Below, in pieces: positions 19,270 through 28,532 of a stretch of DNA of 64,000 nucleotides. The translations under genes were made by a program, and so were the position numbers. Under the pieces are notes generated by a model, which saw only the letters and a list, made by a program, of their open reading frames with translations, had not been told where the DNA came from and ran no database searches. Every line of letters begins with the position of its first letter. Position 1 is the first letter of the stretch. The stretch is taken from positions 62,001-126,000 of the IMG/VR virus record IMGVR_UViG_3300049048_000052. The stretch is one strand, 5' to 3'.

Positions 19270-20251
19270 TTGGAATAGCTAGTTTAGGGAATATGTCCTT
19301 GATGAATTTAAAGTGCCCAGCAGGATTAGTCTGATTCAATATGGACCTTTGTATTCTCTCTATTAGTTTGAATACATTCATATAGGAAACGGCTAGGTTA
19401 TAGCGGATCATCCTTTTAGCTGATTCTTCTATACCATTAGGACTAATAAAGACTAGTCTTACTTTCTTGCCTCTGTATTTCTTCTTTGCTAGGTCGAGAT
19501 ACCCCCTCTCACCTAAGATTTCCTTTATATGATCGGCAGTTACTACGTCCCTCTTGAGTTCGTAGATGATCACCTCCTTCTTACCTCTACGTTCTACAAG
19601 ATCAAATCTTCTAGTCTTAGAGGTTTTGTCCAGCGTATTAATCAGGGTCTCTTCCTGTGTCAGTTTGATACGGGTGGAGTAAGTTGATAGTAGTGCTATC
19701 CTAGTCTGAATCTCTTCCTCACTTAAGTAGGTTAGTGATTCGACTGGGGTAGTTAGTACTATCGGATTAATAGCCTCAGCACCTAATAAGGTGAAATCTG
19801 TGGCCGCATCCGATCTACCTCTAGTTAAGTACCAATAGGCAATAGGCCATTCACATATATATAACTCAGGCGCCCTACCAAGATCACCACCAATATAGTG
19901 TTTCCATAAGTCCTTAAATGTCCTTAGCTCTTGGGTTTTCAGCTTCATGACAAAGGGTCTCTTACCTGTAGACTCCTGGAACTGAGCACTGATGGTTACC
20001 TTATTACTTGCCCAGTTATTAGAGAAGTCTCTACTATCTACTCCCTTAGCCGTGGCTAGTTGATTAGATACAAAGAAGGCACCCTTACCAGGACCCCCTG
20101 GTATCCAATTAATATTGTACTTCTTACATAGATTAGATAACTTCTTAATGATTAGAGGATCAGCCTTAGGCGTATCCATCATAATGGCCTCCTCTAATGA
20201 GGGTCTCTTGGATAACTTATTACTGTTATTAGGGTCGAAGTATCTATCCAT
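19226..20251 (-). CDS. putative DNA-binding domain fused to PD-(D/E)XK nuclease
   Basis: EEEIQ..RFDLVE..IIYELK matches E..D..(E)xK; N-terminal region Bro/KilA-like (weak). Confidence 0.55.
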   Translation of the reverse strand: MDRYFDPNNSNKLSKRPSLEEAIMMDTPKADPLIIKKLSNLCKKYNINWIPGGPGKGAFFVSNQLATAKGVDSRDFSNNWASNKVTISAQFQESTGKRPFVMKLKTQELRTFKDLWKHYIGGDLGRAPELYICEWPIAYWYLTRGRSDAATDFTLLGAEAINPIVLTTPVESLTYLSEEEIQTRIALLSTYSTRIKLTQEETLINTLDKTSKTRRFDLVERRGKKEVIIYELKRDVVTADHIKEILGERGYLDLAKKKYRGKKVRLVFISPNGIEESAKRMIRYNLAVSYMNVFKLIERIQRSILNQTNPAGHFKFIKDIFPKLAIPTSLDQSPKLLVAKV

Positions 20252-20331
20252 ATCAGTTATTCATACAATTAAATATATTGTGCCCATTATATACCACTAA
20301 TAGTACGGTTGTATATAGAGGCGCATAGCAG

Positions 20332-20421
20332 TGGGATGTAGCTGGTAATTGGTAACCACACAAACTGTTAATTTGTACCCCTAAACATGGGGCCCTGGAG
20401 GTTCGAGTCCTCCCATCCCAG
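20332..20421 (+). tRNA. trnN: tRNA-Asn(GUU) with long variable arm
   Basis: acceptor TGGGATG/CATCCCA, G73, U1:A72; ACAAA-CTGTTAA-TTTGT; variable stem CCCC-TAAACAT-GGGG; T arm GGAGG-TTCGAGT-CCTCC; no CCA. Confidence 0.85.
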
Positions 20422-20456
20422 TTAAATAAATAACAGCAGGTATTTGAGGAGTAAGT

Positions 20457-21146
20457 ATGACCCTAGTTAATTTGCCATGGACAATTGCCGATAATACTGT
20501 CACTCGAATGGGCGGTGATATTGACACCCTCAAGAAGCAAGGAGGAGGTGGGCTCAAAGTAAGAGTATCTCTAAAGCATAAGATCGCAGCTATGTCTGAG
20601 GAACAGCTGACTCAGTACCTTACTGAGTTAGTTGGAGAGAAGAGGGCTAAGCTGGAGTTGTTGGAGCTGGTTGAGGAGTCCCTTAGGAAGTTACGGGTGG
20701 CTAAGAAGATTGAGGAGGTTCAATCTGGACTAATCCACATTCTTGCTAGAAGGGATGAGGCCGAGGCCCTCTACGTTAGATCTAAGTGGAGTATGGAACA
20801 ACTTCAGGGCTACCATCTACAGAGCCCTGAAGATGCCGCTCAGATGTTGAGGACCATATGTCTGCTGAACAGGGACAAGTCATCTGTAGTACCTGAGAAT
20901 GAGAATACTGTAGAGGCCTATGTTTGTACTACAGAGCTTGAGGAGGAACGGAGATGCATGGAAGAATGCCTCCGAGCGTTCAATAAGGCTGAAGAGTTAC
21001 TCACTGAGTATGTGACTAAGGTCTTCATTAGTCTGAATCTAGAGGACTTAATCATAAGTCGTTTTGGTCTGGATAGTTATGTTGTCAAGACTGGTGAGAC
21101 TACAGCGCCAGCAATCCCTAACGGGGGAGAAAGTAAGGAGACCTAA
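20457..21146 (+). CDS. hypothetical coiled-coil protein
   Basis: ORF track; GAGGAG RBS. Confidence 0.7.
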   Translation: MTLVNLPWTIADNTVTRMGGDIDTLKKQGGGGLKVRVSLKHKIAAMSEEQLTQYLTELVGEKRAKLELLELVEESLRKLRVAKKIEEVQSGLIHILARRDEAEALYVRSKWSMEQLQGYHLQSPEDAAQMLRTICLLNRDKSSVVPENENTVEAYVCTTELEEERRCMEECLRAFNKAEELLTEYVTKVFISLNLEDLIISRFGLDSYVVKTGETTAPAIPNGGESKET

Positions 21147-21181
21147 ATCTCTAAGCAAGAGGATACGTTCACGTCAGTTAA

Positions 21182-21514
21182 TTGATTGGAGAACATATGG
21201 AACCACAACAATTGTTTGAGGCTATTAAGCCTTTGGTTGAGTCTGGTATCACAAGGATGGAGATCGAGGTTAAGGAAGTGAACCATGGAACCCTGAAAGG
21301 GGTTATCTGTGTTGTCACCCAGAGCGCCCCGGATCGCCCTGTCAACATCATCGATGTCTTTCAACCAGACGGTAAGCCTGTGGCTCACTATGAGCTAGAG
21401 GTGATGCCAATGCAATCACCCCAACAACCGATGGACCAACAACCTGAACAAGAGCAGATGGATCCGCAGCAACAGAACTCCCAGACGGTCAGACCTGTTC
21501 TGACTCCTAGGTAG
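21182..21514 (+). CDS. hypothetical protein with Gln/Pro-rich tail
   Basis: ORF track; likely start MEPQQ after GGAG. Confidence 0.65.
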   Translation: MIGEHMEPQQLFEAIKPLVESGITRMEIEVKEVNHGTLKGVICVVTQSAPDRPVNIIDVFQPDGKPVAHYELEVMPMQSPQQPMDQQPEQEQMDPQQQNSQTVRPVLTPR

Positions 21515-21589
21515 TCCGTTTGATAGGGGTAGGTCAGCACTTATCCCTATCAGTGTTAATGTCAGGTTACAATTACCATAAGGATAACT

Positions 21590-21796
21590 ATGGGATTATT
21601 TGATAGTTTGTGGGAGGCTCTAGCCCCTAAGAGTAAGGAACCTACTCAGGAGCAGCGCCAAGCTATGCAGGATTATGCTGACTTTGCTGGGGTAGATAAC
21701 TTCAGTCAAGTATTTGGCAAGCGAGAGGGACAACCCTATGGAGGGGAGTTACCCTCGCAAGAGGAGATCGATAGGGCTAAGAACAAACGGCCCTAG
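21590..21796 (+). CDS. hypothetical protein
   Basis: ORF track; AAGGA RBS. Confidence 0.6.
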   Translation: MGLFDSLWEALAPKSKEPTQEQRQAMQDYADFAGVDNFSQVFGKREGQPYGGELPSQEEIDRAKNKRP

Positions 21797-21840
21797 TTTA
21801 TTGGGGTGAGTGACTACCCACCCCAATAAACAAATATTGA

Positions 21841-22893
21841 TTGTCTTACCTAAGTGTAAAGACAGTGCGTAAATTAGCAAGTATACAGAAGATTGTAAGT
21901 GTAGAAGCCATTGAGGGTAAAGATAGAATAGTACAGTGTGGGGTCCTTGGCTGGTCAATGGTTACTCAGAAGTCTAATAACTTCCAAGTGGGTGACTACT
22001 GTGTGTTCTTTGAGATAGATAGTATATTACCTGAGGCAGAGTGGTCAGCCTTCTTAGAAGGTAAGACTAGGATCAGGACTAGGAAGTTTGGTGGTGTATT
22101 AGCACAAGGTCTCATGTTACCCATCGATGCTATACCTGAGGTAGAGTCACATCTACGTCAAGTGGATGGGGATATCGAAGGTCTAGATCTAACAGAGCTA
22201 TTAGGTGTAATACAATGGGAGCCTCCTGTTGATGCTAATACTGGTGAGAGTAGAGGTAACTTCCCTACCCATATCATTAGTAAGACCGATGAGATCAGGA
22301 TACAGAGTTGTCCTAAGGTCTTAGAGGAATTGAAGGGACTACCTTGGTATGCTGCCCTTAAGATGGATGGCTCCAGTGCTACCTACTTCTGGGATGATGC
22401 CCCGCCTAAGATGGATATGTCCCCAGGCTTTGTCAGTTGCTCACGTAATATGAGAAAGAGTGAGGACTCTCATTTCCATCAGGTTGCGCTGAGGTATGGA
22501 CTAGATGAGATATTGAAGACCAATGATTACCTAGTATTCCAGGGTGAGGTAGTAGGTCCAGGTATTCAAGCTAATAGGTTAGGACTTAAAGAGTTAGACC
22601 TATTCATATTTAACGTATATGACAGAAGGGAGAAGAGATACTTAACCCTATCTGAGGCTCTGCAAGTATGTAAGTTTGGTAAGCTCAAGCATGTACCCAT
22701 TATCGATCAAGGGGAGTCCTTTGATCTAACTCAGGAGGCATTAGTCCAAATGAGTATAGGTGAATATGAGGGCACTAAGAATCCTAGAGAGGGTATCGTA
22801 GTGCGCCCTCAGACTCCCGTCTATAGTAATGTATTGAGGGACAGACTGTCCTTCAAAGTAGTTAATCCTAATTATCTGTTGAAGTATGAATAG
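21841..22893 (+). CDS. ATP-dependent RNA ligase (Rnl2/DRB0094-like) with N-terminal OB-like domain
   Basis: motif I KMDGSS, FQGEVVGPGIQ, motif IV EGIVVR, motif V FKVVNPNYLLK; start probably GTG at ~21866. Confidence 0.9.
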   Translation: MSYLSVKTVRKLASIQKIVSVEAIEGKDRIVQCGVLGWSMVTQKSNNFQVGDYCVFFEIDSILPEAEWSAFLEGKTRIRTRKFGGVLAQGLMLPIDAIPEVESHLRQVDGDIEGLDLTELLGVIQWEPPVDANTGESRGNFPTHIISKTDEIRIQSCPKVLEELKGLPWYAALKMDGSSATYFWDDAPPKMDMSPGFVSCSRNMRKSEDSHFHQVALRYGLDEILKTNDYLVFQGEVVGPGIQANRLGLKELDLFIFNVYDRREKRYLTLSEALQVCKFGKLKHVPIIDQGESFDLTQEALVQMSIGEYEGTKNPREGIVVRPQTPVYSNVLRDRLSFKVVNPNYLLKYE

Positions 22894-23119
22894 CTATTAT
22901 TGTACAAGCATAAACACAGTGCTAGGTCCTAGATCTGTATTAGTAGATATCCATCCTCTTAAGAGTGGAGGTTATCAAGCAGACTATATAGTCTATCTGG
23001 GTGAGGCAAAAGGTAATGTTAGTTTATCTGTCTTCGTAGGTCATCCTGATCTGAGACCCTCGGCCCAGTTAGTATGGGATAATGGTAAACACCTGCTGGG
23101 TAATATAAGCCCTAATTAA
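22886..23119 (+). CDS. hypothetical protein
   Basis: ORF track; overlaps ligase stop. Confidence 0.55.
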   Translation: MNSYYCTSINTVLGPRSVLVDIHPLKSGGYQADYIVYLGEAKGNVSLSVFVGHPDLRPSAQLVWDNGKHLLGNISPN

Positions 23120-23132
23120 ATAGTTAGATAAG

Positions 23133-23154
23133 AAGGGTCCATTAATGGACCCTT
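23133..23154. terminator. GGGTCC/GGACCC hairpin
   Basis: AAGGGTCC-ATTAAT-GGACCCTT. Confidence 0.6.
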
Positions 23155-23168
23155 AGTTCCCTTTATAG

Positions 23169-24032
23169 GTGGTACTAATGCAATTAATACTGGAGGATCT
23201 CGTCTTTGATGAGGGTAAAAGGGTAACTAGATTAGCCTCTATTGCTAAAAGTTTAGGGCATGAGGCTAAGATAATACATGCACTAAGAGAGTTACCTAGT
23301 GTGGACTTCAAGAGTCCTGCTATATTCTATGGCTCTATTAATGGGGCCCGTAGGATAACTAAGCCTAAGTTCTGGGGCAAGAGTGATGACATAGTTATGC
23401 CTGGGATAATTGGTGAGTGGAATAACTTTAGGTGTACCACTTACTATAATCATCTGGGTCCATATTTACTAAACAGAACCTATGTGATGGCGCCATTAAG
23501 AGAAATCTTTAGGATGGCCTCACTATATAGTGTGATGTTCCATAGCATAGGTGAGAGCTATAGTGACGATGGTCTATTCATAAGACCTGATGATCCCTAT
23601 AAAAGCTTCACTGGTCAACTGGTAGGTGTAAAGGAACCCTTAGATAGGTTCATGAGAGCTAACTGTCTATTCATAGATGAGCCTGATAAGATGGCCGTGG
23701 CCTCAGGTATGAAAAGGATATCTGCAGAGTACCGGCTATTCATTAAGGACTCAGAGATAATCACAGGCTGTCAGTATAGTAGAGAGGGTGACTCTCATTA
23801 TGTCGATGCATTACCCGAATGCCTACTTCTATATGTCCGTCTAGTATTAGACAGTACTAGTTGGAGACCTGCCCGTTTATGGGTTATGGATATAGGGGTG
23901 TATGATGGTCGTTATAGTGTTCTAGAGATAGGCCTAGCTAATTGCTGTGACCTATATGTTTGTAATGAGGAACTTTTTGTAAGAGCATTATTAGAGGTTG
24001 CACTAGATGACTGGAACGATTCTCAAAGCTAG
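23169..24032 (+). CDS. ATP-grasp domain protein (DUF4343/R2K-like)
   Basis: LFIRPDDPYKSFTG, EYRLFI..IITGCQY, VMDIG..VLEIG. Confidence 0.75.
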   Translation: MVLMQLILEDLVFDEGKRVTRLASIAKSLGHEAKIIHALRELPSVDFKSPAIFYGSINGARRITKPKFWGKSDDIVMPGIIGEWNNFRCTTYYNHLGPYLLNRTYVMAPLREIFRMASLYSVMFHSIGESYSDDGLFIRPDDPYKSFTGQLVGVKEPLDRFMRANCLFIDEPDKMAVASGMKRISAEYRLFIKDSEIITGCQYSREGDSHYVDALPECLLLYVRLVLDSTSWRPARLWVMDIGVYDGRYSVLEIGLANCCDLYVCNEELFVRALLEVALDDWNDSQS

Positions 24033-24348
24033 AGATATACCTGGCTACCCATTAAGGGACCTATCTAATGCTCTGGTTGCTCATAGGGCTAATCGTAAGC
24101 CTGAATTCTTAAGTCTGCATCAATCCTTACTGCCTAGGAAGGAGGGATGTCCTCATTGTGGGGAGTCTCGCTACTACATGAATGATGGTGAGAGACATTG
24201 GGCAGTATGTCCGATGCATAATACTAGCTGGCCCATCGGGAAAGGTTGGTATAATACATGGATGAAAGAGAATCCTACTATATGGATCCGTAACAGGTTC
24301 CGTCTAAGAAGAACGACCCTGGTTAATCCAGTGGTTGTTTATAAGTAA
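24007..24348 (+). CDS. hypothetical Zn-ribbon protein
   Basis: CPHCG...CPMH. Confidence 0.55.
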   Translation: MTGTILKARDIPGYPLRDLSNALVAHRANRKPEFLSLHQSLLPRKEGCPHCGESRYYMNDGERHWAVCPMHNTSWPIGKGWYNTWMKENPTIWIRNRFRLRRTTLVNPVVVYK

Positions 24349-24411
24349 CTATCTATCATTGGTGCCTGGGGTTAATCCAGGCACCTTGCCTAATCACAGG
24401 GAGCCCTTATC

Positions 24412-24714
24412 ATGTTTTACACTGCGGTATATGTCTCAGTCAGACCGTTAAGATGGGTACCAGTGGTAGTCACTACTAACACTCCACCCACTATTTGGTT
24501 TAGGGATGGTATCAAACTAAGATTAGCTTGTCTTAGGGAACCTACCACCTCTGAGCTATCTGAATACCTCAGAAGTTATAGACCTGAGGAGGATGTGACA
24601 TTAGCTGGGGATGGGGTACCTAATGCTATTAGCCTTGATACTCTAAGGCAACTTAGGTATAAGAATGAGGTACCCAGTACATTTGAAGCCATTTGGAGAT
24701 CATTGTTCGATTAA
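24412..24714 (+). CDS. hypothetical protein
   Basis: ORF track. Confidence 0.6.
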   Translation: MFYTAVYVSVRPLRWVPVVVTTNTPPTIWFRDGIKLRLACLREPTTSELSEYLRSYRPEEDVTLAGDGVPNAISLDTLRQLRYKNEVPSTFEAIWRSLFD

Positions 24715-24723
24715 GCCTTTGCT

Positions 24724-25017
24724 ATGACGACCGATAGAATAAGATCAAAAGTTTACATAATGAAGGCGGACTTTAGCTCCGCCAATGGGGTTAATATGTC
24801 AGTAGGTAGTGTTATGGGTATAGACCCTAACATAATAGACCTACCTGAGGGTTGGGTAGTATGTGATGGTCGTAATATTAATGACCTCACGTATTACCCC
24901 GCCCTGCAGAACTACTTAAGGCGTGGAGGAGAGAAAAGGCTCCCCACACAGGAAGAGATATCTGAGACCATTAACAATTGGAAGCTGACTATACAAGACC
25001 GTAATATACTGAACTAG
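24724..25017 (+). CDS. phage tail-collar-like domain protein
   Basis: GSVMG..LPEGWVVCDGRNI...YPAL matches the collar consensus P.GWL.CDG....YP.L. Confidence 0.6.
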   Translation: MTTDRIRSKVYIMKADFSSANGVNMSVGSVMGIDPNIIDLPEGWVVCDGRNINDLTYYPALQNYLRRGGEKRLPTQEEISETINNWKLTIQDRNILN

Positions 25018-25046
25018 CTACATAAGCAGTTTATCCAGGCACTGAC

Positions 25047-25580
25047 ATGCAACTCAATAAAGGTTCGTTAGTCCGGTTACGTGCTAATCAGATTGCTACT
25101 ATGAGAAGCAATCTGGTTGATGTAGAATGGTTGATTCAGAATGAGGACCTATATTGTAGGTCTCTTGCTCTTCTGTTACCTAAAGTTGGCCAATATTGGA
25201 GGAATGCAATTGATGGTAGTCCTAAGACTTTAAGGGAGGCTATAGAGTGGTTGAGTAATCAACGCTTTAAGGTTACCCTAACAGCACCAGAGGGTGCCAT
25301 CAGGGTTATTGTTCAGCATCCTATTACGGGCCGCATGGCTACACTACTTACTGCATGGGTAGAACTCAATACAGTAATAACAAGGACTGAGCCTCTAATG
25401 GTAGGTGTGGCCCTTAATAAACAGGGTGAGGTTCTAAGAGATCCTGATGGTAACCCTATTAGGATTGAGCCTCATAATGTTGAGTTCTTTGTGGAGCCCG
25501 TTCCATTGGAGAAACAGCCTGCAATGAGCGGGGGTAATACTAGAGGAGGAAGAAAGGTGGGAAGGGCACCTAAGTCGTAA
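25047..25580 (+). CDS. hypothetical protein
   Basis: ORF track. Confidence 0.65.
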   Translation: MQLNKGSLVRLRANQIATMRSNLVDVEWLIQNEDLYCRSLALLLPKVGQYWRNAIDGSPKTLREAIEWLSNQRFKVTLTAPEGAIRVIVQHPITGRMATLLTAWVELNTVITRTEPLMVGVALNKQGEVLRDPDGNPIRIEPHNVEFFVEPVPLEKQPAMSGGNTRGGRKVGRAPKS

Positions 25581-25743
25581 TGTGTTTGAATGAGGATATG
25601 ATATGTCTTCCCTATGAGGAGGACATCTGGTACTATGATGGACCTTGGGCTATGGGGACAGCAGTAGATCCCCCTAGACCAGAGGTCGGATCGGTGGACA
25701 GTAGATCCACTGATCTACCATGCCTTCATGCTATGATTAATAC

Positions 25744-26052
25744 ATGGCAAGAAGGCACAAACTTATTGGAATCTATAGAATAGAGTGTCTCTCCTCAGGT
25801 AAGGTATACATTGGTTCATCCAAGGATATCTGCATGAGATGGAGTTCACATCTATTAGACTTAATCATGGGTAGACACCATAACCAGGGAATGCAAGATG
25901 ACTTCCGGCGTTATGGTCTACCCGGATTTAAGTTCACCATACTTAAATTGGTTGATACTGTTAGGGGCCTAAAGATGGCCGAACAGGTGGAGATGGATCA
26001 GGTAGACCTACGCAAACTATATAACATGAAGAGAGCAGTAGCTAAGAGATAA
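25744..26052 (+). CDS. GIY-YIG endonuclease (minimal)
   Basis: GIYRIECLSSGKVYIGSS..RW..H; conserved Glu and terminal YN. Confidence 0.88.
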   Translation: MARRHKLIGIYRIECLSSGKVYIGSSKDICMRWSSHLLDLIMGRHHNQGMQDDFRRYGLPGFKFTILKLVDTVRGLKMAEQVEMDQVDLRKLYNMKRAVAKR

Positions 26053-26102
26053 GGGGGCCAAACAGCCTCCTTATTTATTGTTTATAGAAGTAGGTATATA
26101 AG

Positions 26103-26789
26103 ATGATGTATATTCCAAGTGATGGAATGTTTGGGGACATACTAACATTAATGGACCTGTCAAAGAAGGATCCTAGTAAGGTTATGCCTCTGTTTAAGGT
26201 ACCGGGGAGTAGACCCTTGGAGACCTTTACTTTAGAGGGTGTTATCTATAGCACACTACGTGAGATAGCAGCCTATACTGGATTCTCCGAATCTACTATA
26301 TCAGGTAGAAGGAGCGATGAAGAGTTCAGATATAGAAAGATATTTGGGGAGAATCATAAGAACAAATCTGTCTCTCCTGAGCTAATGAGGGCAGGTGGTA
26401 TGTCTGAGGATCGTATACCCAAAATGTCTCATCAGGGTATTGCTATAGATGAGATAGTCTGGGCTCTTATGTGTATCAACAGAGTAAACCTAATGGATGG
26501 TAGAGGCAGTGTTGCTATTACCCCCGTAGCTATTGAGATACTTGATAAGTTAGAGGTAATTAAGCCTGCCATAGCTAGTCCTGCCTCTATATTAAATAGT
26601 GTAATGAGTAGGAAGGGTAAATTTGTAGAGGCACAAGGTATAAAGATATACTCTGATTGTCTTAGGGAAGCAGCCAGGTTAGGAATAACTACTGATGCTC
26701 TGAACGCAGATGATGCTCCTATAGAGTTCACTGGTACTATGATTGCCCCCATGAAGACTATTCTGGAGCTATTATCCCAATGCTATTAG
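26103..26789 (+). CDS. putative DNA-binding protein
   Basis: HTH-like TLREIAAYTGFSESTIS; TATATAAG immediately upstream. Confidence 0.5.
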   Translation: MMYIPSDGMFGDILTLMDLSKKDPSKVMPLFKVPGSRPLETFTLEGVIYSTLREIAAYTGFSESTISGRRSDEEFRYRKIFGENHKNKSVSPELMRAGGMSEDRIPKMSHQGIAIDEIVWALMCINRVNLMDGRGSVAITPVAIEILDKLEVIKPAIASPASILNSVMSRKGKFVEAQGIKIYSDCLREAARLGITTDALNADDAPIEFTGTMIAPMKTILELLSQCY

Positions 26790-27217
26790 AAACTATTAAG
26801 TCTGACCTAAATGAGTCTAGGAGATCAGGGGACTCTGCTAAGCGAGATATCCTAACTGTATTACTATCCCAAGTCGAGGCCAGGATTAAAGATACAGGTC
26901 AAGAAGTAGTCGATGCCGATGTTATTAACCTAGTTAAGAAATGTATCAAGGAGAGAGAGGAGCTAGCTGGTGCATATGTAACAGCAGGTAGACCCACACT
27001 CAATATTGATACAGAGATATCTATACTTAAGGCATATATCCCTCAGCAAATAAGCCGAGAGGATTTAAAGACCATCATAACTACTGTTAAAGAAGTAAGT
27101 GCTAATGCAGATGGCCCCAAGTTAAAGGGTGTGGTCATGAAGTATCTGAAGCAGAACTATGATGGCACCTATGATCCAAGTATGGCATCTTCTATTATTG
27201 ATGAAATAAATAAATAA
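26780..27217 (+). CDS. yqeY: GatB/YqeY domain protein
   Basis: LLETIKSDLNESRR..E..ILKAYIPQQIS..MGVVM pattern. Confidence 0.85.
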   Translation: MLLETIKSDLNESRRSGDSAKRDILTVLLSQVEARIKDTGQEVVDADVINLVKKCIKEREELAGAYVTAGRPTLNIDTEISILKAYIPQQISREDLKTIITTVKEVSANADGPKLKGVVMKYLKQNYDGTYDPSMASSIIDEINK

Positions 27218-27222
27218 CTATT

Positions 27223-27347
27223 GCCTGGTATGGTTCTCTATGTACCCCATAGAAAACTCTAGTGAATACAGCGCTTAACTGTTCCTATGCCCAGGCTTTC
27301 CTATTTGGATAAGGGTGAGCATTCTTAGATCTTTAAGGCTCACCCTT
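27223..27347 (+). other. structured intergenic region (multi-stem fold plus hairpin)
   Basis: GCCTGG/CCAGGC closing TCTATG/CATAGA and ACAG/CTGT; then AAGGGTGAGC/GCTCACCCTT. Confidence 0.4.
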
Positions 27348-27399
27348 TGTCATAGCTAAGATTTATTATATACAAACCACTATATGGACTATATTTATT

Positions 27400-28185
27400 A
27401 TGACTAAGGCAAGGATAACCTCTGGCTACTGCGAGGGCAAGAGGGGTGGCGATAATGGGTACTCTCAATTAATGCTAGGTGTACTAATTCCTAAGGATCA
27501 TGACACCTGTAAATTGTATGGAGCAGTAGAGGACTTCCAACAATCTATTGCTATATGTTTAGAGGCTAACGAGCTAATGGATCCCTCATTAGAGCATGTG
27601 ATGAAGTGGTTACATACTAATATGTTCTCCCTTTCCTCCTATGCTTTTATGAAGGGTGAGACCTCTAACCATGAGATGCCCCAGGGATTCCTTCATTATA
27701 TTGAGGGAGCCATAGAGGATATGAAGGCTGATATAGGGGATGCACCTGACTTTCTGGTGTACTCCCATAAGAGTCTCATCCACCTGAATGAAATTAGAAT
27801 TAGAACTAGAGAAGTAGAAAGTAGATTTGTTGGTTGGAAGCGTAGCTTGGAGATGCAGTTACACCTCAAGGGACCTCTTGCCGTCCTACCGTTTGAGGTG
27901 AATGTCCCTCTCTCCTGGTATGAAGGTAAGCATAGTGCCCTCGTAGAGAAGCTGTTTGGTAAGAGATACCTTCTCCCGATTATTAATTATCATATACAAG
28001 TGTTAAACAGACTTTCCTCTTACTTCTTCTGGGCCTCTAGGGTTCAGGGTAAATTACTAGCTGGTAGATCTGAGGATAGTGGCCTCATTGAGAGATACTG
28101 GCAGGGTAAGATTGAGGAATTCGATATTGATTGTGCTAAACAGAAGGAAGCATATGTCGGAAGAACAATTGGAGCAACAGCCTGA
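27400..28185 (+). CDS. PduO-type cob(I)alamin adenosyltransferase-like protein
   Basis: GGDNG..PKD..YGAVED (cf. TGDxG..KD..YGxVDE) and LNRLSSYFFWASR (cf. LNRLSDxLFxxAR). Confidence 0.7.
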   Translation: MTKARITSGYCEGKRGGDNGYSQLMLGVLIPKDHDTCKLYGAVEDFQQSIAICLEANELMDPSLEHVMKWLHTNMFSLSSYAFMKGETSNHEMPQGFLHYIEGAIEDMKADIGDAPDFLVYSHKSLIHLNEIRIRTREVESRFVGWKRSLEMQLHLKGPLAVLPFEVNVPLSWYEGKHSALVEKLFGKRYLLPIINYHIQVLNRLSSYFFWASRVQGKLLAGRSEDSGLIERYWQGKIEEFDIDCAKQKEAYVGRTIGATA

Positions 28186-28492
28186 GGTAGAGACGACCTT
28201 TAAGGACACCTTAGATCAATACAGTAACCTAGTCCTAGGTTATGTGTTGCAGTCCTTAAAGGCCCGTAACTTCACCTTCTATGGGGTATCCTTGGTATCC
28301 CTAGTAGGTCTATTCTTAGCTCTAGAAGTAGGGGATATCTTTAATAAGATCCCTTTCTATGGAAGTCTAAGTACTACAGCATTCACAGGATGGCTTATCT
28401 ATTCTATGGTGACTGTAGAACGTAGGAAGGTACTCTTTGCTAAGCTTGATGAGATCAAGGCAGCAGTCTTAGGTACTGAAGAACAAACCTAG
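28154..28492 (+). CDS. CAAD/CURT1-like thylakoid membrane protein
   Basis: two TM helices ...GDIFNKIPFYGSL..TGWLIY then amphipathic ERRKVLFAKLDEIKAAVLG, matching the CURT1/CAAD pattern; start after AAGGAAG. Confidence 0.65.
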   Translation: MSEEQLEQQPEVETTFKDTLDQYSNLVLGYVLQSLKARNFTFYGVSLVSLVGLFLALEVGDIFNKIPFYGSLSTTAFTGWLIYSMVTVERRKVLFAKLDEIKAAVLGTEEQT

Positions 28493-28500
28493 GAAAACTA

Positions 28501-28522
28501 AGAGGGACCCATGGGTCCCTCT
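28501..28522. terminator. GGACC/GGTCC hairpin
   Basis: AGAGGGACC-CATG-GGTCCCTCT. Confidence 0.6.
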
Positions 28523-28532
28523 ATTCATTTAT

